Virus record (IMG/VR): IMGVR_UViG_3300027832_000010
Coordinates: 6,298-70,297 of that record
Reading direction: 5' to 3' (one strand)
DNA length: 64,000 nucleotides
DNA from: a virus
In this document: positions 58,158 through 64,000 of the stretch, piece after piece
How positions within the stretch are numbered: position 1 is the stretch's first letter
Layout: each line of letters opens with the position of its first letter
Notes under the pieces: generated by a model
Databases searched by the model: none
What the model saw: the letters and a program-made list of their open reading frames with translations, nothing else
Told to the model about the DNA's origin: nothing
Translations under genes and position numbers: made by a program

Positions 58158-58991
58158 TTATTTGTTGCCTTTGAGTTGATAAATTTCGTCATTTAAACTC
58201 TTAACTGCTTCAATTAGATATGCTGTTAGTTTTGTATAATGAATTCCGTCATCTTTTACAAGATTAGGTAATACTTTTTCTACTTCTTCTTTGATTAAAC
58301 CTGCTTCGCCTTTAGTACTACCATCTTTACGATCGTATGTAACACCCACTAGTTGAAGGATTGCATCGAGTGCATTTGTAATAGGAGTTATATTTTCTTT
58401 GTACGCAATACTTGAAGTTTCAGTAATAGTTGTAAATCTACCAGTACCTGCTGTAGTTGCACCAACATTAGCACCGTCAATAGACCCGCCGGAGATTATA
58501 GCCGAACCAGCTGTAATTGCTGTTACGCTTAGTCTTCCAGTGCTCGGTACAAATGATAGTTTTGAGCTTGAGGTATTAACTTCAGCAGTTGTGCCACTAG
58601 TACCTGTAATTATTGTAGGATAGTATACTGTTCCATCAGCTACTTGATCAGTAATTGATACAAATGGAGCAGCCCATGTTAATACACCGCTACCATTAGT
58701 TTGAAGCATTTGAGTATTGTCGCCGTCATTTGCTGGAAATGTCAATGTATAACTAGCACCTAATGTTGCAGGTGATTTAAAAGCAACATATGCACTAGAA
58801 TCATCATCAGCAAGTCTAAGTGCGCTACCGTCGTTAATTTGCAAATGTGCTGTAGATTCAACTATTCCAGTACCGTTAGGTTCTAGTACAACATTTGTAT
58901 TTAAAACAACTGATCGCAAACTGTTATTTAATGCAGTTAATGATCCTAATATAGACCTTCCTGATATTCCTGATGTTATTCTTCTAGCCAT
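58158..58991 (-). CDS. Short tail fibre with C-terminal intramolecular chaperone (peptidase S74-like)
   Basis: ETSSIAYKENI...GVTYD...GLIKEEVEKVLP...YTKLTAYLIEAVKSL coiled-coil end. Confidence 0.85.
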   Translation of the reverse strand: MARRITSGISGRSILGSLTALNNSLRSVVLNTNVVLEPNGTGIVESTAHLQINDGSALRLADDDSSAYVAFKSPATLGASYTLTFPANDGDNTQMLQTNGSGVLTWAAPFVSITDQVADGTVYYPTIITGTSGTTAEVNTSSSKLSFVPSTGRLSVTAITAGSAIISGGSIDGANVGATTAGTGRFTTITETSSIAYKENITPITNALDAILQLVGVTYDRKDGSTKGEAGLIKEEVEKVLPNLVKDDGIHYTKLTAYLIEAVKSLNDEIYQLKGNK

Positions 58992-59004
58992 AATCTATTT
59001 TCCT

Positions 59005-59334
59005 TTAAGCGGTTACTGTTTCTATACCGTATACCATTGCTACAGTGTTAGCAGCCGATGAATAAGCATATATTCTTCTTCCTGCTTCAAAAACTAAACC
59101 TGTTCTTTCTAACACACCACCTGGTAGAATTTGTGCATCATATTCAAAATAATCATCTGCTGCCGGTGTTGAAGCATTTGCCGGTTTTGTAGCTGCTAAT
59201 CTAACAGTTATTGATGTTGCATTCTTATTACAAAAACTTACTGTTACTACACTAAAAGTACTAACCGGTACTTCGTAAACTTCTGTATCTGTTGTTGCTA
59301 ATAGATCTGCCGATCCTAATATTCCGTTTGCCAT
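59005..59334 (-). CDS. Small virion structural protein
   Basis: 109 aa, beta-rich, within the fibre operon. Confidence 0.65.
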   Translation of the reverse strand: MANGILGSADLLATTDTEVYEVPVSTFSVVTVSFCNKNATSITVRLAATKPANASTPAADDYFEYDAQILPGGVLERTGLVFEAGRRIYAYSSAANTVAMVYGIETVTA

Positions 59335-59349
59335 TTTTAATCTCCGTCC

Positions 59350-62300
59350 TTATCTTAAGAAATAGTTATATGCTAGAGGTAAACCAAGTACAGTTCCACT
59401 GAATACCACGTTCGCTCTTATATTTAGCACACTTCCGCTCAGCGTTGTAATAGTATCGGTCCCAATAAACACGTCACCTGCTGTCACGCTGTTAACGTTA
59501 AGTGTTGCGCCGCCGCCACCAATTTGTGCTTCGATGTATGCTTTAACTGCACGTTGAGTTGGCACTACACTATCACTATTAGCAGTAAAGAATGGGTCAG
59601 TGCTAAACTCGTTAATACTTGCACTGTTACCGCCTAGTGTTACTTCGCCTAGTGATAGTTCTTGCAGTCCGGCAATATTAAACGCATCAGCATTCAATGT
59701 TGCAACACCAGTACTTTGCTCAATGCTAAACAAATCGCCAACTCTAAAGTTACCGTCTTGATCAGTTGCTGTAAAGAACACTCGTCCGCCGTTTGCGTTA
59801 ACAGTTTCGTTAGATTGAACTGGTTGCTGTAACGGGGTATTTGGATAGTTAGTACTCGTAAATCCACCAGTACCAATGTCTAAGAAATCGTGACCTGTTA
59901 ACCGTGCTTGACTAAATCTAATACGTAGTTCTACAGTGTCACCGTCTGGTAGTGAGTCTTTAACTGCTATAGCAGGACTAAGTTGTAAAAAGCCTGTGTA
60001 TGTTCCTGCATTAGTGCCTATAAAACTAATAGTATTAACTAGTTTATAAAATTCACCTGGTAAACTAGCAAATTCAATATTTGACCCGTTAACTGGTCTA
60101 GCACTTAGGCGTCTAACAGCAATAAACGTTCCGGTTTGTGGGAAGTCAGCACCACCATTTGAATTTTGTGCATCAACTTCTGCTGTTGAACTTGTAAAGC
60201 CTGTACCCCTGTTAACAAATGTTGGCTGTCCTAATACTCCGTCACCTAGTCTTGGTACTAATATAACATCGACAATATTGTTAGGATCTGTTACTGTAAC
60301 ACTTGGAGCAGTTGCGTATCCTGAACCAGGTTCTATAATTCTAACTTCAAATATTTGCTCATTTGCTACACTTGCGCGACCTTTTGTAGTTGCGCCAATC
60401 TTAGCGTATACTCCGCCTGTGCCGCTTGCATTCGGAAGTATCACAAACTTACCTTCTCTAGCAGGATTACCAAATGCTATTGCATTGTAGCCGCCTGTAA
60501 TAGTTGTAGTAAGAGTGTATGCTTGCCAGTACAATCCGTCTTGCGAGTATAGAACTTGATCAGTATCATCTGATGTTATAACAAACATACCTTGTCCATA
60601 TGCAAGTCTACGTTCGGTTACAGTCAATGGCAATGTTAGTGCATTTTCATACCATGTAACACCGTCTAAGCTGAACATAATACCGTTAGTGCCACCTAGT
60701 GCCACAAACTTACCGTTACCCCATACAATGTCTGTTACTGCTGCAAATACTGCTGGAGCAGTTGCGCCTATCCAAGTAATACCATCTGCACTATATGCTG
60801 CACTAGTAGTTCCGATATTAATAGCAACAAACTTGCCTGCGCCATATGCTATGTGATCGAATCCTATATTACTTAATGCATCTGTTGTTAGTGTCCAAGT
60901 AGCGCCGCCGTTATCACTATATGCAACATCTCTGTCTGCACTACTAATAACAACAAATCTATTAGTTACTGAGCCTACAACATTTCCGTATGCAATTCTA
61001 GTTTCTGCACTAGTATCCATTCCTACTGGTAGAGTTGATGTATTCCAAGTATCAGCATCTTCACTGTATGCAACAGTACTATCGCCGTCAGCTACAAGTA
61101 CTACAGCACTTGGCTGGAAGGTTGATGAACCATCATTTTGTAAACCGCTTGCAATTCTGCTCCAAAAACCTGCCCCTAGTGAAGGAAGTGTTTCTATACT
61201 CCATGATTCGCCATCTACGCTTAACGCACCATTTGTACCTGCACCAATAGCAAGGAACTTACCTGTTTGTGCTAGTCCGGTAAAGTCATAGTCGACTACT
61301 GCACCACTAACACTGTTAAGTGTAGTTAATGTTACAGTAATATTGTTAGCTGTGCTTGCGCCACCGACGGCTGTACCTGCAATAGTTACAGTATTTAAAC
61401 GTGTATAATCTGTACCAGCATTATTAACTGTTAGGTAATATTTACTGCCGTTACGTGTTACATCAAACGTTAATCCACTGCCGCTGCCGCCTGTTGCGCT
61501 AATGCTAGTATATTGAGCTGCTGTTTCAATATATTTAACATCGCCCCAAGTAGTGGCTGCTGGTAATGTTATTGCAGCATTTGATTTTGCAGGAGCAGTA
61601 AATGCAATTCTTGGTTCAATTTTATAGGTCGAACTTGAGTTAGGTGCAATAATAGGCGTACCTGATACATAATGATCCCATCCTGCTATTCCGTCGCTTT
61701 CTCGAATAACTGTTGCTTCTTTAGTACCAGAATTGTATGTATTAACAATAGCGTATTGGCCGTTTGCTGAGCCACCGCTAATAACTATTTTCATACCTGG
61801 ATATGTACTACTTAGATTGCCGTCAGTTGCAGCTAGGAATATGCCAGTGGTACTTCCGCTTTGTGCAGTATTGCCTACTACTAGATAGTTACTACCGCCT
61901 ATGATTACATCGGGATCTGCATCTTGATCTACAAATGCATAATTTACAGCATTATCACGGAATTCATCAGCAACTAGTACTTCACCTGTTCCTGGACCAA
62001 ATATATTTATTGCTGCTTCAGTATAGTCATTACCTGCATGTCCGTATTCAAGTACAAGAATTTGATTTTGGTCTACATTAACAGTACTAATAGTAGCATT
62101 GTACTGTGTACGATTATCAACAATAGCTGTTACTGGAGTTTCATCAGCGTCGGTGCCTTCTGCAACAGAGCCAAATTCACCGTAACTATTGTTACCGTTA
62201 GTAGCACGTATACGACCACCATTTTCTGCCAAGTAACCGATATGCGAGTAGTATGTAAACACTGACACAAGTTCTGCTCTACCATTATTAGTAATCCACG

Positions 62301-64000
62301 CACCAATACCGTCACTAATAACTTGTGTAAAGTCGTTAGACACGATTGAGTCATTGCCACCGTTGTGTAAATGGCCATCAATCTTTTGACCAATTGCTGC
62401 ATTACCAAATGTAGTTAGACCTTGAACATATGGCGATCGTGAAATAATCCATGTTGTAAAATCGTCTGGTCCCCATCCTGGATCAAGACTTGCGTAAGCG
62501 CCAGCAGTAACACGACTTGTACCATATATGCCTGCAGGAGTTAAATCACCGTTTAATCCTAGTAATGTGCAATCTCTTAAGCCAGTTGCATCTCTTAGAT
62601 AGAACATGTCTTCTTCTCGGCTACCTGTTACTGCATTAGCATAATAACGAGCAACATAGCGTGACTTGTAGTTACCTGGATATTTTAAATCATATTTTAA
62701 TGCATCAATATACGTACCGACGTCTCTTAAACATAACGATAAGTTGTAAGTATAAGAACTAAATGTATTAGTAATGTATGTTGTAACATTAGTTGGTATG
62801 AAACTGTTAGCAGTCTGTATTGCACTAAATGTACTTTGTATTGTTGCAGTTTCACCTGTTGCAACTGGATAAACTTTAGCAACTGTTCCTGCACCGTTAG
62901 TAACGATTGCAATTACATCATCTGCATTGCTTTCGACTGCTGCCTGGCTTGTTGCTTCTGCATCTGCAGATAGCAACGATTTTAGTTCTGTAAGAGCTGC
63001 CAGTGTTGCTGTTTTTTCATCTCCATCGCCAATTTGCAGAGTACCGTATGAGTAGTAACTATCACCAGCAATAACTGATTGATAATTTCCACCATATAAT
63101 ATGTCGAAAGTCGCAGCGTCAACAATATAGCCAACATCGCGCTGGCATGTTGCTTGACCGCCTGCGCCTAGTGCAACCCACTGTGCATTGTAGTTAGTGT
63201 TTAGATAACTTGAAATGCTAGAAACATAAGTTGCTCTATTTGCTATAAATGTTCCAGCAGTTGTACTATCAGCAGCTACCGAAGTACCATTGTCTGGGAA
63301 TGTATAAGTAGGTACTGCTGTTAACCCATTTTCAAGTATGTCTAAAATAATTGCATAAGATCGAGCAATATTAGAATATAAGCTAGAATCAGTAACTTCA
63401 ATTGTCAATCTTCTTGCTTCTTTAATAGCAGCAATTGTTTGTTTTAACTGATTGTTAACAACATTTTGTGCAGATGCAACTGCTCTATAATATGCTGCGC
63501 CGGCAACACTTGATGCAAAGTTAGAACCAGTAATTAAATCATAACTTACAGCATCAATAATGTAACCAATATCACGAGCACAGGTTGCTGAATTATAAAA
63601 GTCATCAAAGTTTACATAGTTATAATTCATCCATGCAGTAACTTCTGATATAATAAACTCTCTATTGCGCTCTAGCTGTAGCATTGCATAGTATGCATTT
63701 TGATCTTCAACTTGACATACACTACCTTCATTAGTAGCGCCAAATATCATTTGATCAATTATAGTAGCACTTAAATTAATTCTAGCAATTGCAGTAGTGT
63801 TACCACCTACGTTTGCTACTGCTTCTGTACTTAGTGCATATTTAATTGCAGCTCTAGTTACTGCTTTTTGATTTAATGTGTAAACTTCAGTAGCAGTCTT
63901 TCTTAGGTATGCATGTGCAGATTTAAGTGTCTGCCAATTAGAGTTAAACATAAAGTCAAATCTAACTGCTTTAAGAATAATACCAATGTCTCTTGAACAC
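59350..64000 (-). CDS. Giant structural protein (baseplate/fibre), 5' end outside the window
   Basis: Frame is open from 63999. Repeated C.RD.G.I.DA..YD motifs, a beta-helix-like SPYVQ...NDFTQV segment, six Asp-box (SxDGxTW) repeats. Confidence 0.8.
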   Translation of the reverse strand, partial: CSRDIGIILKAVRFDFMFNSNWQTLKSAHAYLRKTATEVYTLNQKAVTRAAIKYALSTEAVANVGGNTTAIARINLSATIIDQMIFGATNEGSVCQVEDQNAYYAMLQLERNREFIISEVTAWMNYNYVNFDDFYNSATCARDIGYIIDAVSYDLITGSNFASSVAGAAYYRAVASAQNVVNNQLKQTIAAIKEARRLTIEVTDSSLYSNIARSYAIILDILENGLTAVPTYTFPDNGTSVAADSTTAGTFIANRATYVSSISSYLNTNYNAQWVALGAGGQATCQRDVGYIVDAATFDILYGGNYQSVIAGDSYYSYGTLQIGDGDEKTATLAALTELKSLLSADAEATSQAAVESNADDVIAIVTNGAGTVAKVYPVATGETATIQSTFSAIQTANSFIPTNVTTYITNTFSSYTYNLSLCLRDVGTYIDALKYDLKYPGNYKSRYVARYYANAVTGSREEDMFYLRDATGLRDCTLLGLNGDLTPAGIYGTSRVTAGAYASLDPGWGPDDFTTWIISRSPYVQGLTTFGNAAIGQKIDGHLHNGGNDSIVSNDFTQVISDGIGAWITNNGRAELVSVFTYYSHIGYLAENGGRIRATNGNNSYGEFGSVAEGTDADETPVTAIVDNRTQYNATISTVNVDQNQILVLEYGHAGNDYTEAAINIFGPGTGEVLVADEFRDNAVNYAFVDQDADPDVIIGGSNYLVVGNTAQSGSTTGIFLAATDGNLSSTYPGMKIVISGGSANGQYAIVNTYNSGTKEATVIRESDGIAGWDHYVSGTPIIAPNSSSTYKIEPRIAFTAPAKSNAAITLPAATTWGDVKYIETAAQYTSISATGGSGSGLTFDVTRNGSKYYLTVNNAGTDYTRLNTVTIAGTAVGGASTANNITVTLTTLNSVSGAVVDYDFTGLAQTGKFLAIGAGTNGALSVDGESWSIETLPSLGAGFWSRIASGLQNDGSSTFQPSAVVLVADGDSTVAYSEDADTWNTSTLPVGMDTSAETRIAYGNVVGSVTNRFVVISSADRDVAYSDNGGATWTLTTDALSNIGFDHIAYGAGKFVAINIGTTSAAYSADGITWIGATAPAVFAAVTDIVWGNGKFVALGGTNGIMFSLDGVTWYENALTLPLTVTERRLAYGQGMFVITSDDTDQVLYSQDGLYWQAYTLTTTITGGYNAIAFGNPAREGKFVILPNASGTGGVYAKIGATTKGRASVANEQIFEVRIIEPGSGYATAPSVTVTDPNNIVDVILVPRLGDGVLGQPTFVNRGTGFTSSTAEVDAQNSNGGADFPQTGTFIAVRRLSARPVNGSNIEFASLPGEFYKLVNTISFIGTNAGTYTGFLQLSPAIAVKDSLPDGDTVELRIRFSQARLTGHDFLDIGTGGFTSTNYPNTPLQQPVQSNETVNANGGRVFFTATDQDGNFRVGDLFSIEQSTGVATLNADAFNIAGLQELSLGEVTLGGNSASINEFSTDPFFTANSDSVVPTQRAVKAYIEAQIGGGGATLNVNSVTAGDVFIGTDTITTLSGSVLNIRANVVFSGTVLGLPLAYNYFLR

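Overview
A 64-kb segment of a large T4-related myovirus genome in the standard genetic code. Gene content resembles the RaK2/GAP32/XacN1-like jumbo phages and their uncultured aquatic relatives (inference); the GroEL looks proteobacterial. 1-17.4 kb, minus strand: start of a compact DnaE-type polymerase, a nucleotidyltransferase/APS-kinase module, gp62-like clamp loader, UvsW, a glycosyl/methyltransferase island, UvsY, UvsX and gp32. 17.4-38 kb: terminase, gp4, tail tube and sheath, neck and tail-terminator genes. 38-54.8 kb: GroES/GroEL and a Tfa-like fibre chaperone, then 10 2OG-Fe(II) oxygenase-fold genes, 4 flavin-dependent halogenases and a TPMT-like methyltransferase. 54.8-64 kb: three paralogous polyglycine (gp38-adhesin-like) proteins, a short S74-chaperone fibre and a giant structural protein. 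Highlights: (1) a candidate virion-tailoring system in which late-promoter-driven chaperones, hydroxylases and halogenases flank polyglycine adhesins; (2) two fractured genes (UvsW, TerL), each with a split intein and an intervening free-standing endonuclease, the TerL intein being atypically split (39/112 aa) and ending in Gln; (3) homing-endonuclease invasions and scars at gene starts, including three copies of one gene's 5' end; (4) internal-deletion relics, two frameshifts at shift-prone motifs, many apparently leaderless promoters, and an annexin repeat and a type-1 copper cupredoxin domain in probable virion proteins. No tRNA, rRNA or CRISPR array was seen. All calls come from motif reading only; no database searches were run.
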